From an uncultured Bdellovibrio sp. (GTDB lineage Bacteria > Bdellovibrionota > UBA1018): 64,000 nucleotides of DNA. This document shows, piece by piece, positions 6,874 to 16,407 of the stretch. Location of the stretch: NCBI GenBank assembly GCA_964490895.1, contig CAZBEI010000116.1, positions 14,639 through 78,638 of the forward strand, read 5' to 3'. A program made the translations under genes and the position numbers. The notes under the pieces were generated by a model that made no database searches, had not been told where the DNA came from, and saw only the letters and a program-made list of their open reading frames with translations. Position 1 is the first letter of the stretch, and every line of letters begins with the position of its first letter.

Positions 6874-9336
6874 TTATTCACAAAGGGCAACATCCGCACT
6901 GTTTGTGCTCCAACCATCGGAGGTCGTTATAAGCGATACATTTTCAGAGGTGTCAATCACTCTCACATTGATATAGTATTTTTTATCCAGTTTTAGATTG
7001 AGGTCTGTTTCAACGGCCGTTGTTTCTATTCCACTACTTTTCCACTTGAGAACATCAGTTAGTTTGGGTGCACTCCCAATAGAATACTCGTATCTTAAAA
7101 GATCACTAGAGCTTGTAGGTATCCATGAAATAAGCGGGCTGTGAGTGAGAGAGTTACAAGACTCGCCATCTTTGACAGACTCGACAGCAACCGGTGGATC
7201 CATGTCTAATCGTTTTGCTGGAATGTGCCCATTGATATTTACCTGCCAGTGTGTCAGTTTGCCAATGATTTTTTCCCCAAAATCATCAGAGCCATCGATC
7301 ACTTTGAGAGTCCACGTTCCAGCTGACATTTCGTTTAAAAAAGCATTTGCTAAAAAATGTGCATGATCTAGATTCACTTGAGCAATGCTGCTATTGATAT
7401 TCATTAAGATACTTTTAGTCCCACTGGGAGAGTAGAGTTCTATGCCCAAAGTTCCAGCATCATCATGAGTAACGTCGGCTACAATTTCAATAGTCTCAAT
7501 TTCTAGGTTGTGTCGAACTTTTATAGAAGACATTACTCCATCGGCATCTTTGTCTGGGATTTCTAAAGAAAGCTCTCCGCTCCCATAAATCCACCTCTCA
7601 CTATCTTGCAGGTCAACGCGGTTTAAATCTTTTGTCTGAACATAGGATCCAAGTGGATAGGCATAATTTTTTGCCATAGCCACTGCTGCATCTGTATCGA
7701 TGAGTCCAAATCCGTACTGATTATGGAAATAAACCTCTGCTGCGTTTTTTGTCCACCCTTCTTGATAAGTGTAACTTTCTAAATCGAGTCCATCTGGGTG
7801 CCCTGTTGCTCCGCTGTCAGGCTGTATGCGCCTTGCCGTTTTTGCAAGGATGTATTTCATGTCTCTCCAACTCATGTTCGGATTGACACTCAACGCAAGT
7901 GCAGCAACACCCGCGGTTATCGGAGCAGCGGAGGACGTCCCATTCATCCTGCTCGTATAATTACAATTCGGGTTGAGGAGAGACTCGCCCCTTTCGAAGG
8001 GGGTAGTAGCCGTACTCTTTGACAAACCACAGTCACACCCACTAAGATCCGTTGTGACAATAGCAGGATCTCCATTATATCCATGCCCAGCTGGAGCACT
8101 AATCCACACATTTGATCCAGGAGAGGAGTATTGTGTAATTTTACCACTCGAATCGATTGCAGCAGCTGAAATCATTTGAGGGTAGGAGTTGATGGGGTCA
8201 AAATTTGAATTCCCATAATATGCAATCCCATTTAAGAACGGGTTACAAGCTCCAAGATTCTTTCTAAAGTCATTTCCAGCAGCCTTTACATAAATGGCTC
8301 CTTTTCCAGAGCGCAAGTGACTGACCCCAAATTCGAGCTGTTTTAAGTAGAAGGGATCCATATCCGAAACAATGCATTGGGGAGTGCCATAGCTATAATT
8401 AAAAACATCAAAGTCACCCTCTGCCTGATTTTGCAGCATAGAAGTATCCTGTATGCGTCCATCATCTAGCGATAAAAAGAGGAATCCTGCAATGTGAGCA
8501 CCTGGAGCAACGCCTCTACTTCCTATTCCATTCCATCCCGTTGCTGCAATAATTCCAGATACAGCAGTGCCGTGAAAACTACCTCCAGAACAGCTTTTGG
8601 GGGTGGGATCACCCATCCAAGGAGAAGGAAGGTTGTAGTTTTTTGAGACTCCAGGAATGATATTGTCTGCTAAATCTTCATGTTTAATTTCAATACCCGT
8701 GTCAGAAACAGCAATTTTAATACCCGCTCCACTGATTCCTTCAGCGATTGTTTTGTCCATATGAAGGTCCACCCCAGGTACTCCTGAAATATTCGAAAAA
8801 GCTTTTTGACCTATATTTTTGAGATGCCATGCTTCTGTTTTTAAGGGGTCTCCTAAAACATGAATTGAAAAGGGGCCCAATATTTCTGCGATGCCATTTT
8901 TTGTCGCAAAAACTGCGATTCTTTCAAATAAGCCTGGATTATTGGGTATCCCCTCTATTTTTCCGGTCTCGAGATCAAACCTCGCCCAAGGGGGGAGGTT
9001 GTTTGAAAAAAACAAAAGCTTGCTATCTAACAACTGTGGCGCAAACGAATATAAAAAATCTTGTTTCCCGATAAGTATAGGTTTTCCAGAAATCAATACC
9101 CGGGAAGGTATTGAAGCTGGGGGAGGAGGGGGAGGAGGAGTGGAAGCAGGAATAGGCTCTAGGTTTGGCCCAGAAGATGGAGTATTCGCAGGCTTTGGCA
9201 AAGAAACAGCGGGTATCCGATCGGGCGTATTCTCTGGAGTTTGAATTTCAGTTTTTTTTGACACTGTCAGCGTTGAGGGTTGAAAACAAGCTGATGTAAA
9301 AAACATGACTGAAATAACTAATGTGACTGTTTTCAT
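6874..9336 (-). CDS. Secreted subtilisin-like serine peptidase (S8 family), 820 aa, with a Pro-rich N-terminal linker
   Basis: Catalytic triad motifs VSDTGIEIKHEDL (Asp), SFHGTAVSGIIAA (His) and GTSSAAPITAGVAAL (Ser). Signal peptide MKTVTLVISVMFFTSA; run PPPPPPPASIPS. Confidence 0.8.
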   Translation of the reverse strand: MKTVTLVISVMFFTSACFQPSTLTVSKKTEIQTPENTPDRIPAVSLPKPANTPSSGPNLEPIPASTPPPPPPPASIPSRVLISGKPILIGKQDFLYSFAPQLLDSKLLFFSNNLPPWARFDLETGKIEGIPNNPGLFERIAVFATKNGIAEILGPFSIHVLGDPLKTEAWHLKNIGQKAFSNISGVPGVDLHMDKTIAEGISGAGIKIAVSDTGIEIKHEDLADNIIPGVSKNYNLPSPWMGDPTPKSCSGGSFHGTAVSGIIAATGWNGIGSRGVAPGAHIAGFLFLSLDDGRIQDTSMLQNQAEGDFDVFNYSYGTPQCIVSDMDPFYLKQLEFGVSHLRSGKGAIYVKAAGNDFRKNLGACNPFLNGIAYYGNSNFDPINSYPQMISAAAIDSSGKITQYSSPGSNVWISAPAGHGYNGDPAIVTTDLSGCDCGLSKSTATTPFERGESLLNPNCNYTSRMNGTSSAAPITAGVAALALSVNPNMSWRDMKYILAKTARRIQPDSGATGHPDGLDLESYTYQEGWTKNAAEVYFHNQYGFGLIDTDAAVAMAKNYAYPLGSYVQTKDLNRVDLQDSERWIYGSGELSLEIPDKDADGVMSSIKVRHNLEIETIEIVADVTHDDAGTLGIELYSPSGTKSILMNINSSIAQVNLDHAHFLANAFLNEMSAGTWTLKVIDGSDDFGEKIIGKLTHWQVNINGHIPAKRLDMDPPVAVESVKDGESCNSLTHSPLISWIPTSSSDLLRYEYSIGSAPKLTDVLKWKSSGIETTAVETDLNLKLDKKYYINVRVIDTSENVSLITTSDGWSTNSADVALCE

Positions 9337-10080
9337 TTAATTAATTTCCGATTGATGATCAATGATTTCTATTTGTGCATTCGTAATTTTTTTATCTGTG
9401 CTTAAACCAGCTACTATAGAGATGAGGTCTCTTTCGTGGGGAGGGCTGAAAAAAACTACACTTATCCTCTCATTAATGTGCTTGATGCTCAATTGATGGC
9501 GCTCTGCAAGATCTTCAAGGTCGGTCCCCGGTCTATATCCGGCAATGATTGTGCCTGTGACAATTCCAAACCTGTGATTCACTGGATCTTCGACAACTAG
9601 TCGGGATTTGTTTTGTGATATTTTCAATTCTGAGAGATTCTTTATGTTCATTTTGTCTGTTTTGTAGAAAACGACACTACCCATGCGATAGACAATGGGA
9701 CCCAAATTTCTGGAATAGTGGCCCTCATCAATAAAGTCCATATCATTTCTGATGACATAGTTTGTTTTATTAATTTTCAACAACGGAAGCCCAGCAATTT
9801 TTCTTTGTTGTTCTTTTCTGTGTTTTATAAATTCTTTAAATTGAATAGCTGTTAATTTTTTATTACCATCTATCCCCTCGAAAATGTCTGGCTGTACCCG
9901 ATAGGGACTTTGTGCTTTATTTTGTACTCTATTGAAAGACGTACTGGGTGAGTACGCAGGGGCGCGATCTACCTTTTGCTCCTGTCTCAGGTCGGGCCCT
10001 TGGTTAAACAATGAAAAGACAAAACAACCAACGGCAACCACTGTAATAGAAAGAAAAAATAAAGTATTGTGTTTTTTCAT
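9337..10080 (-). CDS. Secreted hypothetical protein, directly abutting the S8 peptidase gene (0-nt gap)
   Basis: 247-aa ORF with signal/anchor (LFFLSITVVAVGCFVF). Its stop is immediately adjacent to the peptidase start codon. Confidence 0.4.
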   Translation of the reverse strand: MKKHNTLFFLSITVVAVGCFVFSLFNQGPDLRQEQKVDRAPAYSPSTSFNRVQNKAQSPYRVQPDIFEGIDGNKKLTAIQFKEFIKHRKEQQRKIAGLPLLKINKTNYVIRNDMDFIDEGHYSRNLGPIVYRMGSVVFYKTDKMNIKNLSELKISQNKSRLVVEDPVNHRFGIVTGTIIAGYRPGTDLEDLAERHQLSIKHINERISVVFFSPPHERDLISIVAGLSTDKKITNAQIEIIDHQSEIN

Positions 10081-10159
10081 AAATCCCCCCTCCCAAGAGC
10101 CCTAGATTAGAATAGTAACACGTTGCACTATACCCTCTCAACGTATTTTTTGTTTAAAA

Positions 10160-11782
10160 TTAGTTTAATAAATTACACGCCGTTTCCACTGTGGCAGGCG
10201 TGTCCGTTTTGACTGTGTTAAAAAATCTCAAAAAAGGATTGAGGTAATCAGGATCTCGCTCTATCACTCCGTCATGGCCTTTGCCGCCTGTTTCTGTACG
10301 ACTGACTGTTGCAAATGCTTTTTCTTCGATGGCCTTAAAAAGTCCTTTTTGATGGACGCCCTCTAAATGAGCTGCTGTTTCCTTCAGAACTTTTTGAGCC
10401 CAGTTCTCAATCATCCCACCTGGCTTAAAGCTGATCTCAGAGCCTAAGTCTCTTGCCCCATTAAAGATATATTTTGCATTTTTAATGCTCATCCATCGAT
10501 CTTGTAAAAGCGGGGTGTGCATGGCTTCGGTGGCCATTCCTAAAAGTTGAATGGTTTGACCAGTCAACACACCTACAAAATTAAACATTGCATCCATCAA
10601 ATGGCTATAAAAAATATCTCCACATTTATAACGAGTGGGAGGCATAAATTTTATGGGTGCGTTGGGAAAAATATCTCGCGTCATTTGAGCTCTTGCAATC
10701 TCAAGCAAAAAAACGTTCGGATGTTCTGGGTTCATCTCTTGCGCGTGCCCAAGTCCCATCAAATCCTCTGTCATGTGTGCATTTTTTGCAAAACATTCGT
10801 TGATAAATTGAGAAGCCAAAACTTGGTGGCCATTTTCGATCGCATCTGCCGTGGTGAGGTAATTGTCCTCCCCTGTGTGAATCACAATTTGAGAGTGCGC
10901 AATTACTAAACGCGAAAAATGTTGATCAATGAGAGTCCTTTTCATATTGATGTCCCGGAAAAGAATTCCATACATCGCGTCGTTTAAGAGGAAATCTAGT
11001 TTTTCTAGCCCCCCCAAGACCGCGATTTCTGGCATGCAAAGCCCGGAACAGTAGTTGGTGAGTCGAATGTAGCGTCCCAGTTTTAAGCTTTCTTCGTCCA
11101 AAGCCTTGCGCATGATCTTAAAGTTTTCTTGAGTGGCATATGTTCCACCAAAGCCTTCTGTCGTAGCTCCATGGGGAACATAATCTAAAAGAGATTGCGC
11201 CGTACTGCGGATCACAGCAACGGCATCTGCCCCAGCTTGAGCAGCAGCTTGAGCTTGAATGACATCATCATAAATATTTCCTGTCGCCACAATCACATAG
11301 AGCAAAGGGCCTTCTTTGCGATGAACCTGAAAGCTATCGGTTGCCTTTTTTCGTAGCGCATCTCGCTCTTCTCTTTTCTCAGTCAGAGTCCTTTTTGCGT
11401 CAAGACAAAGAGCTTTTGCTTTCTCTATGATTTTGGATTCTAGGGCAAAAGGAATTTTGACAAGGTTTATTTTCCCAGAACAAACTTGTGCTGCCAGTTC
11501 TGGGGCAGGCATTTTATGTCGAATCATCCCATTTACAAATGAGCGCAGAACTCCTTTGTTTAAGCAGCCTTCTTTGTTTAAGAGTTCCACCACTTTGTTG
11601 GCCATAGGAAACCACTGTCTTCCTTGTAGGGTCGCACCATGGACTCCTAAAAGTCTCAGAGTCGCACGTTCTATGGCAACCGTCGTGTGCGTTTGGATGA
11701 GTTTGTCAATGGGAACAGCAATTTGTTTTGCGAGCTCTCGACACCGATCAATGATCTTTAGATCTAACGGGAGGTGAGACAT
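10160..11782 (-). CDS. kamD: Lysine 5,6-aminomutase alpha subunit (PLP-binding, KamD)
   Basis: Long collinear similarity to KamD, e.g. PLLYVIVATGNIYDDVIQAQAAAQAGADAVAVIRSTAQSLLDYVPHGATTEGFGGTYATQENFKIMRKAL and ...NYCSGLCMPEIAVLGG...LNDAMYGILFRDINMKRT... Confidence 0.85.
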   Translation of the reverse strand: MSHLPLDLKIIDRCRELAKQIAVPIDKLIQTHTTVAIERATLRLLGVHGATLQGRQWFPMANKVVELLNKEGCLNKGVLRSFVNGMIRHKMPAPELAAQVCSGKINLVKIPFALESKIIEKAKALCLDAKRTLTEKREERDALRKKATDSFQVHRKEGPLLYVIVATGNIYDDVIQAQAAAQAGADAVAVIRSTAQSLLDYVPHGATTEGFGGTYATQENFKIMRKALDEESLKLGRYIRLTNYCSGLCMPEIAVLGGLEKLDFLLNDAMYGILFRDINMKRTLIDQHFSRLVIAHSQIVIHTGEDNYLTTADAIENGHQVLASQFINECFAKNAHMTEDLMGLGHAQEMNPEHPNVFLLEIARAQMTRDIFPNAPIKFMPPTRYKCGDIFYSHLMDAMFNFVGVLTGQTIQLLGMATEAMHTPLLQDRWMSIKNAKYIFNGARDLGSEISFKPGGMIENWAQKVLKETAAHLEGVHQKGLFKAIEEKAFATVSRTETGGKGHDGVIERDPDYLNPFLRFFNTVKTDTPATVETACNLLN

Positions 11783-11791
11783 GTTTAAAAC

Positions 11792-12835
11792 TTACGAATA
11801 AGCTTCCATAAAAATACGGTTTAACTCTGGGCTTTCTCTCAAAATATTAAGGGCCGTTTCTGCATGAGATTCGCAATAGCCGTTTCCAATTCGCAGTTCA
11901 ATATCAGCCCCAATGCCCTCTGCCCCTAGAGCTGCCCTTTGGAAACTTGTAGACATACTAAAAAAATAAACAATCCCATGTGTTCGGCAAGTGAGAATTG
12001 AGGACATTTCGGTATCTGGAATATTGGCAACATTGATGACAAGATCAGCCATCCGCCCTTTTGTCGAATCCCAAACTTTTTCCATTACAGCGACTCCATT
12101 TCTTGCGTCAGCATGGATCACTTCGTCCACAAAAGAAAGAGTGGAGAGGCGATCGATTGCTTCTTTGCTATAGTCCACTGCAATTGTTTTTACCCCTGGC
12201 TGTTTTTTAGCTTGATAGAGGCAAAGCATTCCTGACTTTCCACCACCGCCAATCACTAAAACAGTATTTCCTGCCTGCACGAGCTTTTCGGTTTGAGCGG
12301 GAGCTCCTGCTACATCCAAAACTGCAAGGGCGACTGTTTCTGGAATATCGTCGGGCAATTTTGAAAAAACTCCTGATGCAAACAATATCGCATGCCCCTC
12401 AATATCGACTCGGTCCGTTTTAGGGTGGATTTCTTTTATCTTCTTTATAGAAAGTGGCGTGAGTGAAAGAGAAACCAGAGATGCAATTCGATCTCCAACT
12501 TTGATTGGTTTTTGCTTTACTGGAAAAGTGGGTCCAATTTGCGCAACTGTTCCAATAAACATCCCCCCAGAACCCGTGACGGGATTGTGGAGTTTTCCTC
12601 GTTTATGGACAAGTTGTAAGAGAAACGTTTCAATTTTCTTTATGTTCCCTTCGCAACTTTCAGAAATTTGAAGAAAGCTCACAGAGTCAATATTGAGACT
12701 TTCAACCTCTACTAACAGTTCGTCTTCAGCAATCGGCAAACTTGGATCTAAGGTATCTGCCTGTTGAGGAAGTGTGCCTCTAGGCTCTAAAACTCTCCCT
12801 GTTCCCAAGGGATCAGGACTCCTAAATGAACTCAT
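11792..12835 (-). CDS. kdd: L-erythro-3,5-diaminohexanoate dehydrogenase-like (Kdd) NAD(P)-binding dehydrogenase
   Basis: 347 aa with Rossmann GxGxxG (VLVIGGGGKSGMLCL). Located 9 nt upstream of kamD on the same strand, with its start abutting the stop of the upstream dehydrogenase gene. Confidence 0.55.
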   Translation of the reverse strand: MSSFRSPDPLGTGRVLEPRGTLPQQADTLDPSLPIAEDELLVEVESLNIDSVSFLQISESCEGNIKKIETFLLQLVHKRGKLHNPVTGSGGMFIGTVAQIGPTFPVKQKPIKVGDRIASLVSLSLTPLSIKKIKEIHPKTDRVDIEGHAILFASGVFSKLPDDIPETVALAVLDVAGAPAQTEKLVQAGNTVLVIGGGGKSGMLCLYQAKKQPGVKTIAVDYSKEAIDRLSTLSFVDEVIHADARNGVAVMEKVWDSTKGRMADLVINVANIPDTEMSSILTCRTHGIVYFFSMSTSFQRAALGAEGIGADIELRIGNGYCESHAETALNILRESPELNRIFMEAYS

Positions 12836-13891
12836 TTACAATGACCTCGCTTGATTTAATTTTTCTTCAACAATTTCATCAGCCACTTGGTGCGAAGTGG
12901 TTTCTTCTCTCTTAGATCGCTCTAGAATTTCTGCCATGGTGGAGTAAATTTTTTCGACGTGGGCAAAGGCACGCTCTTTATTGTAACCCCCAGGGAACAT
13001 TTTTTCGTGATAAATATTGATCAGCCCTCCAGCATTGATCACATAGTCTGGAGCATACAATATATTTCTTCGTAACAACTCATTTCCGATCTCTGATGTG
13101 GAAAGTTGATTGTTGGCAGCTCCTGCTATGATTTTTGCACGAATCCGAGGCAAGGTGGTTTCGTTCAGAGTTGCTCCTAAAGCAGAGGGAGAAAAGAGAT
13201 CACATTGAACGTCATAAATCGCATCCGGTCTTGTGATCTCGATCGAATATTTCCGTGTCACACGGTCTATTTTGTCCGGATCAATATCACAGCCAATTAT
13301 TTTTGCACCGTCACTCATGAGATGCTCGATGAGGAAATAGGAAACACTTCCTAGGCCCTGGAGTGCAATGGTCATATTTCGGAGAGTTTGACTTCTAAAA
13401 GCATGCTTAGCACAAGCGCGCATGCCATGAAAAACACCCCACGCTGTGGCAGACGAAGGATCGCCACTTGAACCAGGTTCTCCTTCGATCCCTAAAATGT
13501 GCTTTGTCTTTCGCTTGATGACTTTGAGATCCTCAGAGTCTGTACCCACATCTTTTGCAGTAATATAGTGCCCGCCCAGTCGGTCGACAAATTCTGCAAA
13601 GCGCTCAAACTTTTTTTCCGTTTTTTCGGTCTTAGGGTCCCCCATGATGACCGCTTTTCCACCCCCCCAGTTCAAACCTGAGATAGCAGCCTTGTAGGTC
13701 ATACCTTTAGAAAGCCTCAAAACATCGACCAAGGCCTCAGCTTCAGTTGCATAACTCCACATTCGACAGCCCCCAACGGCTGGGCCAAGCACTGTAGAAT
13801 GGAGAGCAATAATGGCTTTTAATCCTACACGAGAATCACAACAATATACGATTTGCTCAAAGTTTTCGTCTTTAATCCATTCAAATACCAT
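12836..13891 (-). CDS. Leucine/phenylalanine dehydrogenase-family amino-acid dehydrogenase
   Basis: MVFEWIKDENFEQIVYCCD...LGPAVGGCRMW...GLNWGGGKAV...YITAKDVGT...APDYVINAGG matches Glu/Leu/Phe/Val dehydrogenases closely. The listed ORF starts at TTG 13912, but the family N-terminus aligns to ATG at 13891. Confidence 0.75.
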   Translation of the reverse strand: MVFEWIKDENFEQIVYCCDSRVGLKAIIALHSTVLGPAVGGCRMWSYATEAEALVDVLRLSKGMTYKAAISGLNWGGGKAVIMGDPKTEKTEKKFERFAEFVDRLGGHYITAKDVGTDSEDLKVIKRKTKHILGIEGEPGSSGDPSSATAWGVFHGMRACAKHAFRSQTLRNMTIALQGLGSVSYFLIEHLMSDGAKIIGCDIDPDKIDRVTRKYSIEITRPDAIYDVQCDLFSPSALGATLNETTLPRIRAKIIAGAANNQLSTSEIGNELLRRNILYAPDYVINAGGLINIYHEKMFPGGYNKERAFAHVEKIYSTMAEILERSKREETTSHQVADEIVEEKLNQARSL

Positions 13892-14051
13892 ATGACTTCC
13901 CCATTGTGTCAAGGGTCTAACCTATCAAGGGTGTTGGAGGAAAATCAAGTGGGAATTAGGGGCTCCCCTCCATACCTTGCAGATAAAATATTTTAAAAAT
14001 AAAAAAAGCCAACTAATGGTACACCTTATAGAATAAAGGAGACTGTAAAAA

Positions 14052-14240
14052 ATGAAAGACGACTATAAGCTCAAGGGGCCTACGGCAAAAATGCAAATAG
14101 AAGTAGAAAAGGAAGTGCAAGAAATTTTACTTTCTATGGAAAAATATTCAAAATTTTCAGTGTCTGAGTTGACCAACACAGCACTCAAAAGATTTATCTC
14201 TGCTCACAAAGATTTTTTGATGCCGGTGGCAGCAAAATAG
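14052..14240 (+). CDS. Small hypothetical ORF (62 aa) with good RBS (AAGGAG 14038-14043)
   Basis: An ATG preceded by aaggagactgtaaaaa. The product is hydrophilic and low in GC with no recognisable motif. It ends at a TAG that is immediately followed in frame by a foreign-looking gene fragment. Confidence 0.3.
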   Translation: MKDDYKLKGPTAKMQIEVEKEVQEILLSMEKYSKFSVSELTNTALKRFISAHKDFLMPVAAK

Positions 14241-14404
14241 GATCGCAATGCCATCCGCGAGGCATGCCTACAAATCAAGAACTATGATGGCGCCCTCGGT
14301 AAATGGTCCTTTGATAAGAACGGTGACACCACTCTTAAAACAATGAGTGGTCTGATTGTCAAAGATGGCAAATTCGAGTTCTTGACTCAGCTGGGCTTGG
14401 AGTA
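14241..14404 (+). pseudogene. 3' fragment (about 54 codons) of a LivJ/LivK-type branched-chain amino-acid ABC transporter substrate-binding protein
   Basis: Translation DRNAIREACLQIKNYDGALGKWSFDKNGDTTLKTMSGLIVKDGKFEFLTQLGLE* is the typical C-terminus of Leu/Ile/Val-binding proteins. GC is visibly higher than in the flanks. There is no start codon and no upstream body. Confidence 0.5.
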
Positions 14405-14421
14405 GAGAGACTGAATATTAC

Positions 14422-15372
14422 TCACTCGACAACGACTTTTTTGAAACTATAGGTCACTTTTATAAACTCCACATTGCTTTGAATCACTTGCTCCAAAAGA
14501 TTGAAAGAAGCAGCCTCTTTTCTCTTATTATCTCTCAAGTGCTCAAGCTCAGACCTTCTTGCTTCTGGTATATTGTCGTTCTTTTCTAATTCTAAATTTA
14601 ACTCTGCCAACTCTTTTGTTCTAGAATTTTCACACAAAAAAACACAAAGAAGATGAGTGTGAGACGTGCCTGGTTCGATAATTGCTTGAAAATTCGAAGT
14701 CCAATTTCTATCCGGTGCACTATATTGTTCTGCAATATGTTTTATAAATTTTTGTGGAGAACCTTTTATTTCGTCACTCACACTCTTATCTAAATCAAAG
14801 TAGAGATCAGCCTTTGTGCCTTTTAAGGTTTCGTAAGAAGCAAACAAGTCTTTGCCCTTTAATCCACCAAATTCAATTTCAATGCCAATCAACTCTTCTC
14901 TTGCTCTGTCATAAAGGGGGAGTTCTACTTTCGTATGCCCAGTCTCTTTAATTTCAGTAAAACCATCCTCGTTTGAATTTTGAGAATAAAAAGCGTTCCT
15001 CTTAATACTATTATTTTTAGAATTGCTCTCTGCCTTATTGGCCATTTTCTTATTGGCCATTTTTTCGACTTCATCTTGCTCTTTGTCCATAGACGCAAAA
15101 ACATACCTCGTGTTCACAGTATTTTCGCTCTTCTGAACTGCGGTTTTTGGGGTATCGCTTTTTGGATTGACTGGCTCAGATGGCGCCTTATTTACATATC
15201 CATATTTGGATAAACTTGTCGTAATGGGACTGCAACGCGACAAAACAAGGAGGGTCAAGATCAATCCTAAAAAAACAAAAATCGTACTTTCTAATAGTCT
15301 GTGATGAGGCTTATTTTCATTCTTATTCAAATTTATTTTCATCAACATAAAACACCTCTGGCCATTGGCCAC
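14422..15372 (-). CDS. Membrane-anchored hypothetical protein (start probably internal, near MKINLNK)
   Basis: Hydrophobic segment TIFVFLGLILTLLVL. Contains a 15-bp x2 tandem repeat (15034-15063) that encodes MANKKMANK. Confidence 0.4.
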   Translation of the reverse strand: MANGQRCFMLMKINLNKNENKPHHRLLESTIFVFLGLILTLLVLSRCSPITTSLSKYGYVNKAPSEPVNPKSDTPKTAVQKSENTVNTRYVFASMDKEQDEVEKMANKKMANKAESNSKNNSIKRNAFYSQNSNEDGFTEIKETGHTKVELPLYDRAREELIGIEIEFGGLKGKDLFASYETLKGTKADLYFDLDKSVSDEIKGSPQKFIKHIAEQYSAPDRNWTSNFQAIIEPGTSHTHLLCVFLCENSRTKELAELNLELEKNDNIPEARRSELEHLRDNKRKEAASFNLLEQVIQSNVEFIKVTYSFKKVVVE

Positions 15373-15379
15373 TGCTAGA

Positions 15380-16234
15380 TTAATTCATCCGCAGATTATC
15401 TTTGGCAACTTTATAGAGCCCAATGTGTACACCACGCAAAGCATTCTGCACTGAAACAGCCCACCTAAGTTCTAAACCTACTGATATTTGTTTTATGAGA
15501 TTATCCTCTACTGCTTGTAAATATTCTTTTGGCGTATTGCTGCTTTCAAATGGGATTAAATAAATATCCCCATTTTTTTCTAAAAGAATAAGCACTGTCA
15601 AATCTTGACTCCTTCTAGCAATGCCACACTCGTACAAAAGAAAAACTATTTCTGGATTGTTTTTAATATTAAAACTATTCCCAGTCAGATTGGTAAGTTT
15701 TTCGCTGATGTTGGTTCGATCTGCAATTTCAGCATGAATAACCTCAGAATCTGCAGATTCGCCACCATCTAAAGTCCGCTTGAGCTTAATAGACAATCTC
15801 CCTTGAACTTTTATATTTTCTTGTGCGCCATTTTTTGAAACACTGCCTACAGTCACATCTGTGGTAACAGGTGCAGCTATCGCAGTAGTAGATGGGACAG
15901 AATTTTCAGAAATGTTTAGAGTGGATGGTGTTGGACTTTCAGCTTGAGAGTCATTAATTACACTATTTGGGATTTCACTATTTGATACAGGTACGACAAC
16001 AGGGGTCTCGGGGGCTGCAATACTGGGCTTTCCAGAACTAGAACTAGGAGAAATATGAACAGGCTCTGGCAACTCGCCTTGTGTAGACCCTTCGGCCTTC
16101 TTGGGTACAGAAGGCTTTTTTTCCTCTTCTTTATTACAAGCTCCACTGTACAAACTCAAGGTTGAGATCAAAGTCATAGCTAAAACGAGATTCCCAACTT
16201 TTTTTTCTAAATGTGTTTCTTTCAACATAACCAA
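15380..16234 (-). CDS. Lipoprotein with Ser/Pro/Thr-rich linker, hypothetical
   Basis: Signal peptide with lipobox-like LYSGAC, a low-complexity S/P/T stretch, then a structured C-terminal domain. Confidence 0.45.
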   Translation of the reverse strand: MVMLKETHLEKKVGNLVLAMTLISTLSLYSGACNKEEEKKPSVPKKAEGSTQGELPEPVHISPSSSSGKPSIAAPETPVVVPVSNSEIPNSVINDSQAESPTPSTLNISENSVPSTTAIAAPVTTDVTVGSVSKNGAQENIKVQGRLSIKLKRTLDGGESADSEVIHAEIADRTNISEKLTNLTGNSFNIKNNPEIVFLLYECGIARRSQDLTVLILLEKNGDIYLIPFESSNTPKEYLQAVEDNLIKQISVGLELRWAVSVQNALRGVHIGLYKVAKDNLRMN

Positions 16235-16407
16235 CGCTCCTCAAATAAGTTCTTCTTAAAATTAAGAAGAACAACTGTCCATACAGTAGCAAGATGAGTG
16301 CCACCCATGGCCAGTTTAAGTCCTTAATATTTATGGGGACAAAAAGGCTCTAAACTCTCTTTTAATATTAAATTGTATAAGTGTATAGTAACATGTAAAA
16401 AAAATAG

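Noticed and set aside
13892-14051. Possible adenosylcobalamin or lysine riboswitch in the leader of the dehydrogenase-kdd-kamD operon
   Set aside because: The spacer is only about 160 nt. It contains one GGAGG...CCTCC hairpin but no recognisable B12-box or L-box core. Not supportable without a covariance-model search.
14052-14404. Reading 14052-14404 as one gene with an internal TAG (amber) read-through
   Set aside because: The two halves differ sharply in composition. The first half has no similarity to binding proteins, and there is no evidence for stop-codon recoding in this genome.
15034-15063. Short tandem repeats (15-bp x2 at 15034-15063, 14-nt x3 at 46421-46466, 24-bp x2 at 49748-49795, 12-bp x3 at 61863-61898 and 63205-63240) considered as possible CRISPR arrays
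   Set aside because: Units are contiguous with no spacers, only 2-3 copies each, and mostly inside coding sequence. No cas genes anywhere in the window.
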